From the NCBI GenBank assembly GCA_014729775.1, contig WJJJ01000026.1:16948-80947 (forward strand): a DNA stretch of 64,000 bases, given 5' to 3'. This DNA is from Candidatus Omnitrophota bacterium (GTDB lineage Bacteria > Omnitrophota > Gorgyraeia > Duberdicusellales > 4484-171). A program made the position numbers and the translations under genes. The notes below the pieces were generated by a model. It was not told the DNA's origin, did not search any database, and was given only the letters and a program-made list of their open reading frames with translations. Positions 52,384 through 62,582 of this stretch are shown in pieces (positions within the stretch are counted from its first letter, which is position 1; each line of letters starts with the position of its first letter).

Positions 52384-53729
52384 TCCTGCGCTCCGGTTGA
52401 CGCGCGTAGCTGTTCCATCAGCGGAATGAACTCCGGAAAGGATTTATGAATGCATCTGACGTCGTCTATTTCGCTTTCTCCCTCCAGTGCCGACGCGAAC
52501 ACGATCAGGCTCATCGCCGTCCGGTGATCGAAACAGCTTTCAAACCGCGCGGGCCGGTACTTTTTCTTTCCCTCGATCACGATCGAACACTCTCCGCGTT
52601 CGCGATCTTCGTCATGGATCGCAACGCCCGCTCTGTCTAAATTACTCACCATCGACCATACCCGGTCGGTTTCTTTGACTTTCAGCTCACTCACCCCGCG
52701 GATTTCGGTCCGTCCGGAGGCGAACGCCGCGGCTACGCAGAGAACCGGGATCTCATCGATCATTTGCGGAATCTCGCCCGGCTCCACGACCGTAGCCCGT
52801 AACGATGAAGTTTCCACGACGAGGTCGCACACCGGCTCGTACTCCTCGCGTACCTGCTCACAGCGTATACGGGCGCCCATCCTGCGCAGAACGTCCAGCA
52901 GACCGCAGCGGGTCGGGTTCACGTTCACGTCCTTGAGCACCAGCCGGCTTCCCGGCACGATAAGCCCCAACACCAGAAAAAATGCCGCGGACGAAAAATC
53001 TCCCGGCACCCGTAAAAACCCGGGAGTAGCCAGGCACGCATCCGGCACACCGCGCACCGTGGTGCCCCGCGACTGAAGGCCGCAGCCGAACAGACGCAGC
53101 ATCCGCTCGGTATGATCGCGCGAAGGAGCGGGTTCGGTCACTTCGGTCGCTTCTTCGGCGTACAGCCCCGCCAGCAGCAGCGCGGACTTCACCTGCGCGC
53201 TGGCGATCGGCAGGCGAAACGACTTGCCGTGAAGGTGACCGACGGACCGGATATCTAAAGGAGGACATTCTTCCTCCCGGCCCGTGCGCTGCACGCACCG
53301 CGGTACTCCCCGAATATCGGCTCCCATTTCCCGCAGAGGAACGATGATCCGGTTCATCGGACGGTTCTCCAGCGACGTCTGCGCTTCGAATCGGGAAGAG
53401 AACTTCTGCCCGGCAAGTATCCCGCTTAAGATCCGCATCGTCGTCCCGGATTCACCCGCGAAAAGGGTCAGCGGATCCTCCTGGGGAGTGAAAAACTTCC
53501 CGCTGCCTCTGACGATGAACGCGTCTCCTTCCTCAAAAACGGATACGCCCAATTTCCGCATACATCCAAGCGTGGCTGCCGTATCGTCACTGCGTAAAAC
53601 CCGCTCGATTCTCGTTTCGCCCCGGCACAGGGCCGAAATCATCAGTGCCCGGTGAGAAATGGATTTATCCGGGGGCACGGAAATCCGCCGCGTCCCTCCC
53701 GTAAACGGCCGTATCACGTAATCCTTCAT
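52380..53729 (-). CDS. aroA: 3-phosphoshikimate 1-carboxyvinyltransferase (EPSP synthase)
   Basis: PPDKSISHRALM, LFAGESGTTMR, DHRTAMS motifs; 449 aa. Confidence 0.9.
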   Translation of the reverse strand: MKDYVIRPFTGGTRRISVPPDKSISHRALMISALCRGETRIERVLRSDDTAATLGCMRKLGVSVFEEGDAFIVRGSGKFFTPQEDPLTLFAGESGTTMRILSGILAGQKFSSRFEAQTSLENRPMNRIIVPLREMGADIRGVPRCVQRTGREEECPPLDIRSVGHLHGKSFRLPIASAQVKSALLLAGLYAEEATEVTEPAPSRDHTERMLRLFGCGLQSRGTTVRGVPDACLATPGFLRVPGDFSSAAFFLVLGLIVPGSRLVLKDVNVNPTRCGLLDVLRRMGARIRCEQVREEYEPVCDLVVETSSLRATVVEPGEIPQMIDEIPVLCVAAAFASGRTEIRGVSELKVKETDRVWSMVSNLDRAGVAIHDEDRERGECSIVIEGKKKYRPARFESCFDHRTAMSLIVFASALEGESEIDDVRCIHKSFPEFIPLMEQLRASTGAQE

Positions 53730-54622
53730 CTGCGCTCCTTTAAAAAGCGGTCAAATCTCGCGGGAAGCGGAGATTCGAATCTGCGCCGCTTTCTGTCCGA
53801 AGGATGAAGGAATGAAAGCACCCGGGAATGCAGGAGCAATCCATCCCATTGATCCTTTCGTCCGTATTTTCTGTCTCCCACCAGCGGATACCCCAAAAAT
53901 TTCATGTGTACGCGTATCTGATGCATCCTTCCCGTATACAAATTTATATCAAGAAACGTCGCGTCGCGCAAGCGCTCGCGCACGGCAATTTCGGTACGCG
54001 CCTCTTTCGCTTTACGGAAACTGATCTTCATTTTCAACCGGTTGCGGGCATCGCGCTTCAGCGGCAGATCAAGCACCATCCGGTCTTTTTTCAGCGTTCC
54101 CCAACAGATCGCTGCGTAACGTTTTCCCACCCGGCGCTCTTTAAACTCACCGACCAGAAAATGATGGGCGCGGGTATGCTTGGCCAATACCATCAACCCG
54201 CTCGTTTCCCTGTCCAGCCGGTGCACCACTCCCGGCCTCAGGGGATTCACCGGAGAAAGCGGACACTGCATGAACAGAAGCGCGTTGACCAGCGTGCGTT
54301 GATTCCGGGGATTCGGCGGATGCACGGTCAGGTCCGGCGGCTTCTCGACCACCAGCACGTCATCATCCTCGTATACGACAGGAATAGTAAGCGGATAGGG
54401 AACCAGGGATGACCGCTCCTGCGGCCAGCGGATCTTGACCGTTTCTCCGCCTTTAAGCCGGTAACCGGCTTTCGTTTGGCGGCGCTGATCGACGCACACC
54501 CTGCCGTCGGCAATCAAACCGGCCAGAAAACTGCGCGAGCGGTCCGGGATTGACTCCCGCAAAAACGCGTCCAGACGGGTATGTGAGAACTCAGGAGGAA
54601 CGTGAATGATCTGGCTGTTCAT
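53726..54622 (-). CDS. rluD: RluA-family 23S rRNA pseudouridine synthase (RluD-like)
   Basis: S4 domain N-terminus, catalytic HRLDRETSGLMVLAK motif. Confidence 0.85.
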   Translation of the reverse strand: MNSQIIHVPPEFSHTRLDAFLRESIPDRSRSFLAGLIADGRVCVDQRRQTKAGYRLKGGETVKIRWPQERSSLVPYPLTIPVVYEDDDVLVVEKPPDLTVHPPNPRNQRTLVNALLFMQCPLSPVNPLRPGVVHRLDRETSGLMVLAKHTRAHHFLVGEFKERRVGKRYAAICWGTLKKDRMVLDLPLKRDARNRLKMKISFRKAKEARTEIAVRERLRDATFLDINLYTGRMHQIRVHMKFLGYPLVGDRKYGRKDQWDGLLLHSRVLSFLHPSDRKRRRFESPLPARFDRFLKERR

Positions 54623-55046
54623 GGTGCTTTTGGCGGGATTGTCGGATCTGAAGAAAAATGAGGACCCCGGCTCCTATGCTGATGCAGGCATCGGACAGGT
54701 TAAAGACCGGCCATATCCGGAAATCAAGATAATCGATCACGTATCCGAATACGATCCGATCGGCCAGATTCGACAGCGCGCCGCCGAGGATAGCCCCGCA
54801 TGCGGCGAAAAAAAGCAGGCTTTTGACTTTTTCCTGGCGGATAAAATAAAAAAACACTGCCAGGAAAAAGATTCCCGCGTAAATTAAAAAATGGGTATAG
54901 TCCCGGAGAATCCCGAACGCCGCGCCGGTATTAAACGTCACGGTAATGTGAAATACGTTCGGCAGTACCGGGAGCGACTGGTAGGCGAAATTCGCGCGCA
55001 AATAGGATTTCAGGAAGAAATCCGTGATGAATACCGCGGCGGCCAC
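54591..55046 (-). CDS. lspA: lipoprotein signal peptidase (signal peptidase II)
   Basis: Four TM helices, NTGAAFG and FNLSD motifs; ileS-(dksA)-lspA context. Confidence 0.85.
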   Translation of the reverse strand: MAAAVFITDFFLKSYLRANFAYQSLPVLPNVFHITVTFNTGAAFGILRDYTHFLIYAGIFFLAVFFYFIRQEKVKSLLFFAACGAILGGALSNLADRIVFGYVIDYLDFRIWPVFNLSDACISIGAGVLIFLQIRQSRQKHHEQPDHSRSS

Positions 55047-55066
55047 GGCCCACGCTATCCCATGTG

Positions 55067-55564
55067 CTAAATTTTCCCTTCCCGTTCAAGTTGTTCCTGG
55101 ACTTCGCGGGTATACCGGGCGAAAGGAACCGCGCGAAGACGGGTTTTCTTGATCGGTTTCCCGGAAATTTCGCATATCCCGTAACGGCCTTCTTCGATCC
55201 GGGTCAGCGCGTTGTCAATCTGCATTAATAATTCGCGTTCGGTCGAGACCAGCCCGAGATTGAAATCACGTTCATAATTATCCGAAGCCACATCCGCCAT
55301 GTGCAGCGAATACCCCGACATATCACCGGCCATTTCCTTGGGAGACTTCATCAGCGAATTTTCCGAGGCCTCCCGGATCCTGGTCAGGGTATCTTCTTTT
55401 ATATTGAGTAGGAGCTCTCTGAATTCATTCAATTCTTTTTTCGTGAAAGGATTCTTCTTCCGTGAAGCGGAAGTTCTTTTTTTGCCGGACGTCTTTTTCC
55501 GGTTCGTTCTGCCGGACTGGGTTGTTTTTTTCTGGCTAGAAGCCTTTTTTCGCGGTTTCTTCAT
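55067..55564 (-). CDS. DksA/TraR-family C4 zinc-finger protein with lysine/serine-rich N-terminal extension
   Basis: C-terminal DksA-like coiled coil with a C4-type zinc-finger-like segment (GRYGICEISGKPI); basic low-complexity N-terminal tail of about 50 aa. Confidence 0.65.
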   Translation of the reverse strand: MKKPRKKASSQKKTTQSGRTNRKKTSGKKRTSASRKKNPFTKKELNEFRELLLNIKEDTLTRIREASENSLMKSPKEMAGDMSGYSLHMADVASDNYERDFNLGLVSTERELLMQIDNALTRIEEGRYGICEISGKPIKKTRLRAVPFARYTREVQEQLEREGKI

Positions 55565-58319
55565 TCGCTTCTCCTTCTTTTAATGCCTGCGCACATTTAC
55601 CGCATAATTCCGGATAAGAATCATCCCCCCCGATGTCAATGCGCCAATTCCAGCAGCGCGGACATTTCTGTCCTTTCGCTTTTTCCACCGAAATAGAACG
55701 CTCACCCTCAAGAACCCTCACCGAAGAGACGATCAATACTTCCCGCAGCGTCTCCTCCAACGGATGAAAAAAACGGTATTGATCACCGGGAAGCGTGATT
55801 CCGACTTCCGCTTCCAGGGAACTTCCGATCGCTCCCTGTTCCCGTTGCTGTTCCATCAACTTCAGCACCTCGCCCCGCAGTCCGAGAATTTTTTCCCAGC
55901 GGGCAATATGCCCGGCGTCCGCCCATTGCTCGGGCCGGTTTTCCGCGTATACGTTGAAAAAAAGCGATTCCTTTTTTCCGGCGGCATCGAGGTGCTGATA
56001 GGCTTCTTCCGCGGTAAACGATAATACCGGCGCGATCAATTTCAAGAGCACCTGAAGAGAATACCGTAGCGCGTACTGCGCGGACCGCCTTTGCGGGGAA
56101 TCTGGGTAAAAAGTATAAAGTCTGTCTTTTAAAATGTCAAGATAAAAGGAGCTCATTTCCAGATTACAAAAATTAAATATCTTCTGACAGGCGCGGTAAA
56201 AGGCGAACTGTTCGTAGCACTCCGTGACCTCTTTCTGCAGGAGCGCCGCGCGTGCCAGCATGTACCGGTCTACTTCCGGCATGACTTCGGTGTCGGGAAC
56301 GTAATCCGCGGGGAAATCCGCCAAGTTCCCCATCGCAAACCGGATCGTATTGCGCACCTTCCGGTATACGTCGACCAACTGCTTAAGGATCTCCTCGGAA
56401 ATCTTGACGTCTTCGCGGTAATCACTGTACGCTACCCACAACCGCAGGATTTCCGCCCCGTATTTTTTTATCACTTCCTGAGGCGCGATGGAATTGCCCA
56501 GAGATTTCGACATCTTCCGTCCTTCCCCGTCCACCACGAACCCGTGAGTTAAGATCGTTTTAAACGGAGCGCGCTCCTCCCGCGCGACCGAGGGAATGAG
56601 CGAGACCTGAAACCAGCCCCGGTGCTGATCGCTCCCTTCCAGGTATAGATCCGCGGGAAACGACAACTGCTCTTCTCCTTTCACCACGGCAAGAAAACTG
56701 GCGCCGGACTCAAACCACACGTCCAAAATATCGTACAACTTCTCGAATTCCCTGCTTCCGCAGCCGCATCTAACCTGTTCCGGAACAAACAGCGACGCCT
56801 CCTCGCTCACCCAGGAATTGGCCCCGCGCTTCGCGAATACTTCCGCGGTGCGTTTCAGCACGTCGGGTTCCAGCAGGACACTGCCGCACCTCCGGCAGCG
56901 CACCGCGGGAATGGGAATCCCCCAAAGCCGCTGCCGGGACAGACACCAGTCCGGTCTCAGCGAAACCATGCTGCGCATCCGTTCCCGGCCTCCCGGAGGA
57001 ACCCAGCGAACGTGATCGATACTCTCCAGGACTTTCTCCCTCAGATGGGCATGATCGATGTGCACGAACCACTGCGATGTCGCCCGGAAAATGATCGGCT
57101 GTTTACACCGCCAGCAATGCGGATAGGAATGGGACATTTCGGCGTGAGCGTACACCCGCCCTTTTTCCTCCAAAAGACGGATGACTTCTTTCCCGGCCTG
57201 GCTGACCGTCTTTCCCCGGAATTCCTCTGGTTCCTCAAACACGCCTTTGTCATTGACCGGCATCCGTATCGGCAAGTCATAAATGCGGGTAAGCGAGAAA
57301 TCCTCGGCGCCGTGTCCCGGCGCGATATGCACGCATCCGCTCCCTTCTTCTTTCGATACGAATTCCGCGGTGACTACCGGCGCCTCGCGGTCCAGAAAAG
57401 GATGCTCCAGCACCGTTCCCTGAAGCTGCCGCCCGGGCACGCTTCCCGTGATCGTCAGTTCCTTTCCCGCCCTTTTCTCCAGCGAAGGAACCAGCTCCCG
57501 CGCGGCGATGAACCGGCCGCCGCAGGACTCCACTACCGCGTATTCCAGATCCGGATGCACGGCCACGGCCACGTTGGACACCAGAGTCCACGGCGTCGTG
57601 GTCCAGACGAGAAACGAAAGCGGCTGACCGGTCGCCTCTCCTCTCCCGGACATGCGCCGTACCGGGAACAGACAGAAAAGAGAATCAGACTGTTTCTGGT
57701 CATATTCGACTTCCGCTTCCGCCAGCGCCGTTTCGCACTGCGCGCACCAGTTTACCGGTTTCCGTCCCCGGTACACATATCCCTTGCGGGTCAAAAACTC
57801 CAAAAGCGAAATCACCGCCGATTCGTATCGCGGCTGAAGCGTCAGATAGGGATGCTCCCAGTCACTTACCACCCCTAGACGCATAAAATCCTTCTTCTGC
57901 AGATCAACGAACCGCAGAGCGAACTTCTCGGCCTGCTTCCGGAACTCCAGCACCTCTACGTCGTGTTTGGTCTTTTTCAATTTTTTGAACAGCTGATGTT
58001 CCACGGGCAAGCCGTGGCAGTCCCATCCGATAAGAAAAGGACAATCGTAGCCCTGCAGTGTCTTATGTTTAAGGATGATATCTTTGAGAATCTTATTCAG
58101 CGCGTGTCCGATATGTATAAGTCCGTTGGCATAGGGCGGTCCGTCGTGCAGGATGAATTTCGGCCGCCGGGCGCGGTCCTGCCGCAGGCGTCCGTATAAT
58201 CCCAGGTGCGTCCAGAAATCGAGCATCCGCGGCTCCATTTGCCCGAGATTGGCCTTCATGGAAAAAGACGTACGGGGCAGATTCAGCGTCTGTTTGTACT
58301 CATTTTTCTTCTGCGCCAT
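55536..58319 (-). CDS. ileS: isoleucine--tRNA ligase
   Basis: 927 aa; HIGH (GLIHIGHALN), KMSKS (KMSKSLGN), C-terminal Zn finger CPRCWNW...CGKC. Confidence 0.9.
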   Translation of the reverse strand: MAQKKNEYKQTLNLPRTSFSMKANLGQMEPRMLDFWTHLGLYGRLRQDRARRPKFILHDGPPYANGLIHIGHALNKILKDIILKHKTLQGYDCPFLIGWDCHGLPVEHQLFKKLKKTKHDVEVLEFRKQAEKFALRFVDLQKKDFMRLGVVSDWEHPYLTLQPRYESAVISLLEFLTRKGYVYRGRKPVNWCAQCETALAEAEVEYDQKQSDSLFCLFPVRRMSGRGEATGQPLSFLVWTTTPWTLVSNVAVAVHPDLEYAVVESCGGRFIAARELVPSLEKRAGKELTITGSVPGRQLQGTVLEHPFLDREAPVVTAEFVSKEEGSGCVHIAPGHGAEDFSLTRIYDLPIRMPVNDKGVFEEPEEFRGKTVSQAGKEVIRLLEEKGRVYAHAEMSHSYPHCWRCKQPIIFRATSQWFVHIDHAHLREKVLESIDHVRWVPPGGRERMRSMVSLRPDWCLSRQRLWGIPIPAVRCRRCGSVLLEPDVLKRTAEVFAKRGANSWVSEEASLFVPEQVRCGCGSREFEKLYDILDVWFESGASFLAVVKGEEQLSFPADLYLEGSDQHRGWFQVSLIPSVAREERAPFKTILTHGFVVDGEGRKMSKSLGNSIAPQEVIKKYGAEILRLWVAYSDYREDVKISEEILKQLVDVYRKVRNTIRFAMGNLADFPADYVPDTEVMPEVDRYMLARAALLQKEVTECYEQFAFYRACQKIFNFCNLEMSSFYLDILKDRLYTFYPDSPQRRSAQYALRYSLQVLLKLIAPVLSFTAEEAYQHLDAAGKKESLFFNVYAENRPEQWADAGHIARWEKILGLRGEVLKLMEQQREQGAIGSSLEAEVGITLPGDQYRFFHPLEETLREVLIVSSVRVLEGERSISVEKAKGQKCPRCWNWRIDIGGDDSYPELCGKCAQALKEGEANEETAKKGF

Positions 58320-58358
58320 AATTGCAACCGTTTCCCGGCGGGGCCCTCTCCGGCCCGC

Positions 58359-59258
58359 TCAAAAACAGGTGAGCTGCCTGAACTGCGCGAACCGCTTCTC
58401 AAGGTCCGCTGCACCCAACGCGGCCAGGCGCCGCACGCTGAAATCCTCAACGGCAAACGTCGCCAGCACGCTTCCGTATACCACCGCCTTTTTGAAGCTT
58501 GCCGTATCCGTTTTCCCCCGGGCGGCCAAATACCCCAAAAATCCTCCGGCGAAGGTATCCCCGGCGCCGGTTGGATCGAAGATCGATTCCAGCAGGAATG
58601 CCGGCGTACAGAACACCTCTTCCCGCGTGGAGAGCACGGCTCCGTGCTCTCCCTTTTTGATCACCGCGTAGGGCGGCCCCATCGCATGAACAGCCCGGGC
58701 CATTTTCAGTATGTTCTTTTCGCCCGTCAGCATGCGCGCTTCCGTTTCATTCAACAGACACACGTCAACCTTTTTCAGTACTTCCCTCAGCTCACCGGGC
58801 GTATTCTCGATCCAGTAATTCATGGTGTCGCATACCACCAGCCGGGGTCTCGGCATCTGTTCCAGCACCTGCATCTGTACTGAAGGATGGATGTTGGCCA
58901 AAAACACGTAGGGAGTTTCGCGGTAAGCCTCCGGAACACGCGGCTGATACCCCTCCAAGGTGTTGAGTTCAGTGGCAAGCGTATCGGGATTGGAAAGATC
59001 CCATCCGTATTCACCGCGCCAGAAGAACGTGTTTCCCTCGCCGACGGTCACTCCTTCGGTATCGATCCCCTTATCCCCAAGCACGCGAAACTGCTCCTGC
59101 GTGAAATCTTTCCCCACGACCCCGACGAGCTTCACCGGACCGAACACGCTCGCGGCCAGCGCCGCGTACACCGCCGATCCGCCCAGTACCCGTTCACATT
59201 CACCGAACGGGGTCTTGACGCTGTCAAACGCGATTGTTCCCGCGACTACAATACTCAT
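58359..59258 (-). CDS. PfkB-family carbohydrate/nucleoside kinase
   Basis: Ribokinase-fold motifs including the C-terminal DPTGAGDTFAGGF anion hole. Confidence 0.75.
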   Translation of the reverse strand: MSIVVAGTIAFDSVKTPFGECERVLGGSAVYAALAASVFGPVKLVGVVGKDFTQEQFRVLGDKGIDTEGVTVGEGNTFFWRGEYGWDLSNPDTLATELNTLEGYQPRVPEAYRETPYVFLANIHPSVQMQVLEQMPRPRLVVCDTMNYWIENTPGELREVLKKVDVCLLNETEARMLTGEKNILKMARAVHAMGPPYAVIKKGEHGAVLSTREEVFCTPAFLLESIFDPTGAGDTFAGGFLGYLAARGKTDTASFKKAVVYGSVLATFAVEDFSVRRLAALGAADLEKRFAQFRQLTCF

Positions 59259-60115
59259 TTGAAATATTTATTGAGGAAAATTCCCAGTTTTTGTTTCACC
59301 CCGTCCGGCACCGCTTCCGGACGCGTCACGATCGCCTGGCCCAGCGCTTCCTGACAGGCGCACTCCCGCGAAGAGGACACCGCCGGGATCAGCTTCTTTA
59401 TAATTTTTTTAGAATTCTCGGCGTTCTTGAGCAGGTTCGCGATCACCGCATCAGCCGACACCGCCTCTTCTGTTTCATACCAGCAATCGTAATCGGTCAC
59501 CGCCGCCAGCGACGCGTAACATATTTCCGCTTCCCGGGCCAGACGGGCCTCCGTCATATTAGTCATACCGATCACATCCATCCCCCAGCTGCGGTATAAT
59601 AATGATTCCGCCCGCGTGGAGAACTGCGGCCCCTCCATATTGAGATAGGTTCCGCCGTAATGCACCGTGACTCCCGCCGCCCGGGCGGCCTGCTCCACCG
59701 CGCGCGCCAGCGTTTCACATACCGGATCCGAAAATCCGACATGCACCACGATCCCGTTTTCGAAAAACGTGTGAGGCCTGGCGTGATTAGTACGGTCCAC
59801 GAACTGAGTCGGTATCACGAATTCCAGCGGCTTGAGTTCTTTCCTGAGAGACCCGCAGGCGGTCACCGAAACAAGCCACTCAACCCCGAGCTGTTTCATG
59901 CCGTAGATATTCGCCCGGTAATTGATTTCCGACGGGTTACGCCGGTGTTTTTTCCCGTGCCGCGGCAGAAACACCACCTCCCTCCCCTGATATTCAGCGA
60001 GGAGATAACGGTCCGAGGGATCTCCGAACGGGGTCTGCACCGCGGTTTCTTCACGTACCTGCAGGCCCTCCAGCTGATACAGCCCGCTGCCGCCCATAAT
60101 ACCGATTCGTTTCAT
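59255..60115 (-). CDS. mtnP: S-methyl-5'-thioadenosine phosphorylase
   Basis: IGIMGGSG N-terminus, PNP/MTAP family motifs, 286 aa. Confidence 0.85.
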   Translation of the reverse strand: MKRIGIMGGSGLYQLEGLQVREETAVQTPFGDPSDRYLLAEYQGREVVFLPRHGKKHRRNPSEINYRANIYGMKQLGVEWLVSVTACGSLRKELKPLEFVIPTQFVDRTNHARPHTFFENGIVVHVGFSDPVCETLARAVEQAARAAGVTVHYGGTYLNMEGPQFSTRAESLLYRSWGMDVIGMTNMTEARLAREAEICYASLAAVTDYDCWYETEEAVSADAVIANLLKNAENSKKIIKKLIPAVSSSRECACQEALGQAIVTRPEAVPDGVKQKLGIFLNKYFK

Positions 60116-60948
60116 GCGCGCTCCTTGGTATACACGCGGGAGAGCTCCGCAGCCCGCGCCGCCGCGCGGCGGATCCCCCGCTGTATGGTATCTTTAAGTT
60201 TTCCCTTCCGGAATTCGGCGAAAGCCGCTTCCGTTGTGCCTTTCGGTGAAGCCACCTGTGCCACGAGCCGGTCAAACTGCGTGCCGGATGCTTTGGCCAG
60301 CCTGCCCGCACCGAGAAAAGTTTCCAGCACCGTCCGGCGCGCCTGGGCCCGCGTCATCCCCATGCGCACCGCCTCTTCATACATGCAGTGCATAAAATAA
60401 AACACATAGCCCGGCCCGCTCCCGGACACCGCCGTGACCGAATCAAGCAGCGATTCCCGCATCACCCAGACTTCTCCTGCCGCGGAAAACAGCCGCCGGG
60501 CGCACTCCATATCCTTTTTCCGGGCATGGCGCCCGGCACATAAAAATGTCACGGAATTCCGGACCTGGGCCGGAAGATTAGGCATCGCCCGCACGACCCG
60601 CACGCCGGGAAGCTCGCGGGTAAACAGCGACAGCGGAATTCCGGCGGCAATTGAAATCAGCAGAGGTTTCCGTTCCAGGATACAGCCGGATTCCGCGCGC
60701 AGAACCGCCCGCAGATCCTGAGGCTTCACGGCAAGCACCACCGCCTCGGCGTGAGTAAAAAGCTCCGCCGCGCTGCCGCACACCCGGAATTGCCTTTTCA
60801 ATTTGGGATGGGTCCGTAACGGTTTGAGCACCGAAGCGCGGGTATCGTAGACCTGTATCTTTCGGGACGATTCCGCGGCGGCCGCCGTTCCCAGCGCCTT
60901 TCCCATATTTCCAAACCCCAGAATTCCGAAAGAAAATTTCGTACGCAT
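60112..60948 (-). CDS. proC: pyrroline-5-carboxylate reductase
   Basis: Start at internal MRTKFSFGILGFGNMGKAL (Rossmann); P5CR C-terminal dimerisation motifs. Confidence 0.85.
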   Translation of the reverse strand: MRTKFSFGILGFGNMGKALGTAAAAESSRKIQVYDTRASVLKPLRTHPKLKRQFRVCGSAAELFTHAEAVVLAVKPQDLRAVLRAESGCILERKPLLISIAAGIPLSLFTRELPGVRVVRAMPNLPAQVRNSVTFLCAGRHARKKDMECARRLFSAAGEVWVMRESLLDSVTAVSGSGPGYVFYFMHCMYEEAVRMGMTRAQARRTVLETFLGAGRLAKASGTQFDRLVAQVASPKGTTEAAFAEFRKGKLKDTIQRGIRRAAARAAELSRVYTKERA

Positions 60949-61070
60949 GTACCACCTCACCCCGTCCCGCGGGACATTTTGTGGGGTAAATAAAGTAGGA
61001 TACAGTACCATAAAAAGGAAACAGTGTCAATGAGAAGGTAGGCTCACGCCCCGCAGAACCGGCACTGCGG

Positions 61071-62582
61071 TCACGGCCGCCGCGGCAGGTTATTGAGATA
61101 GGTATCGATCAGGTTCACTTCTTCGTATTTGTCTTTTTCCCGGTAAAGCTTTTTCGCCTTCTGATAATTCACCCGGGCCTTTTCATAGGCCCCGCTGTCT
61201 TCGTGAACCTTCGCGATGCCGGTATACAACTCGGCGGCGTCCGGATGCAGACCTATGGCCCGGGAATAAAGCTCGCGCGCCTGACGGGTATTGCCCAGCT
61301 TTCGGTAAAGATTGCCCAGATTCACGTAGGCGGGAAGGTAATCGGCATCAATACGCAGCGCCTGCCGGTAATCGGCGCGGGCCTGTTCGTATTGACGCAT
61401 CGCCTCGTGGGCGAGTCCGAGATTGGTATACAGATCGGGAGAATCGGGACGCAGAGCGAGCGCTTTCCGGTACGACGCAACGGCTTGCTGAGGCTGTCCC
61501 TGAGAATAAAAACAAGCGCCCAGATAGGCCTGGCCCCGGACCAGATCCGGATCAAGCCCCAGGGCTTTACGGAATTGTTCCTGCGCGGTCTCGTAATGCC
61601 CTTCGTGAAAATACAACACGCCCAGATTGATATAAGGCTCGGGATATCCGGGATCGAGTTTCATCGCCTTGGTGTACTGGGTAATCGCCTCTTCGGTCTG
61701 TCCCAGATCACGGTATACGTTCCCGAGATTATTATAGGCAAGCACCTGCTGGGGGTTCAGTTTGAGCGCCTGGTGATAAAACCCGATACTCTGCTGAAGG
61801 CCGCCCGATTCATAATGAGCCGCTCCCATATTATTGTGGAGGTAGGAAAGCTGGGAATTGATCGTCGTACATTTCTGAAACGCCCGCAGTGCTTCCTGCG
61901 GTTTATTCTGTACCAGCATGACTACTCCGTAATTCTGATAGGCGTCGCAGAAATAGGGATCGAAAAGAGCGGCCTTCCGTAATTGTTCCTGCGCCTGCTG
62001 GTACTGTCCCATGCGCGCGTACGCGACTCCGAGGATGGTAAGAGCCAGCGCGTCGTTCGTTTTCGCCTGGGTCGCAGCCCGCAACCGCGACACCGCGCGT
62101 TCGGGCCGGCCCTGGAGCAGATGTCCGATCCCCTTGCAGACGGCGACCGCGTAGTCTTTTTGAATCCGGCTTTGAGGAGCCGCGCGGACCGCCTGGATAA
62201 GCTTCTCTCGGGCCGCATAGGAATATGCCGTGCGCTGCGCTTCCCGCCGGAAAAATTCGAGCGCCTGATCGAACTGTTCTCCCGCGGCGAACTCGATCGC
62301 GTCACGCCCTTTTGGAGAAACAGTGTAGGGTGAAGGAACCAGTCCGTGCAGGTAGGAGGTTTTCTCGGGAAAAGAAAAAATCGGCGACTTCTTTTCTATC
62401 TGGGCGATCTCATGAGAATAATACGTTAACACCACGCCCCGGTAACGGATCCGCACGTAATCCTCGGTCTGCTCGACGATCTTGCCTTCGATCGTCTTGC
62501 CGCTTTTCAGAGTGATGATCTCGGCGGATGCGGTAACACACATGACCAGCGCGCAGGCCAGCACAACCGCGATCTTTCTCAT
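61071..62582 (-). CDS. secreted/periplasmic tetratricopeptide-repeat (TPR) protein
   Basis: Start at internal MRKIAVVLACALVMCVTASA signal peptide; about 12 TPR units (AYxNLGxxY consensus). Confidence 0.7.
   Translation of the reverse strand: MRKIAVVLACALVMCVTASAEIITLKSGKTIEGKIVEQTEDYVRIRYRGVVLTYYSHEIAQIEKKSPIFSFPEKTSYLHGLVPSPYTVSPKGRDAIEFAAGEQFDQALEFFRREAQRTAYSYAAREKLIQAVRAAPQSRIQKDYAVAVCKGIGHLLQGRPERAVSRLRAATQAKTNDALALTILGVAYARMGQYQQAQEQLRKAALFDPYFCDAYQNYGVVMLVQNKPQEALRAFQKCTTINSQLSYLHNNMGAAHYESGGLQQSIGFYHQALKLNPQQVLAYNNLGNVYRDLGQTEEAITQYTKAMKLDPGYPEPYINLGVLYFHEGHYETAQEQFRKALGLDPDLVRGQAYLGACFYSQGQPQQAVASYRKALALRPDSPDLYTNLGLAHEAMRQYEQARADYRQALRIDADYLPAYVNLGNLYRKLGNTRQARELYSRAIGLHPDAAELYTGIAKVHEDSGAYEKARVNYQKAKKLYREKDKYEEVNLIDTYLNNLPRRP

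Noticed and set aside
53741-53800. tRNA-like T-loop strings (GATTCGAATC at about 53769; ATTCGAAT at about 6143)
   Set aside because: There is no complementary T-stem, acceptor stem or anticodon arm around them, and both lie inside protein-coding sequence (rluD, ptsN). I saw no tRNA genes anywhere in the window.
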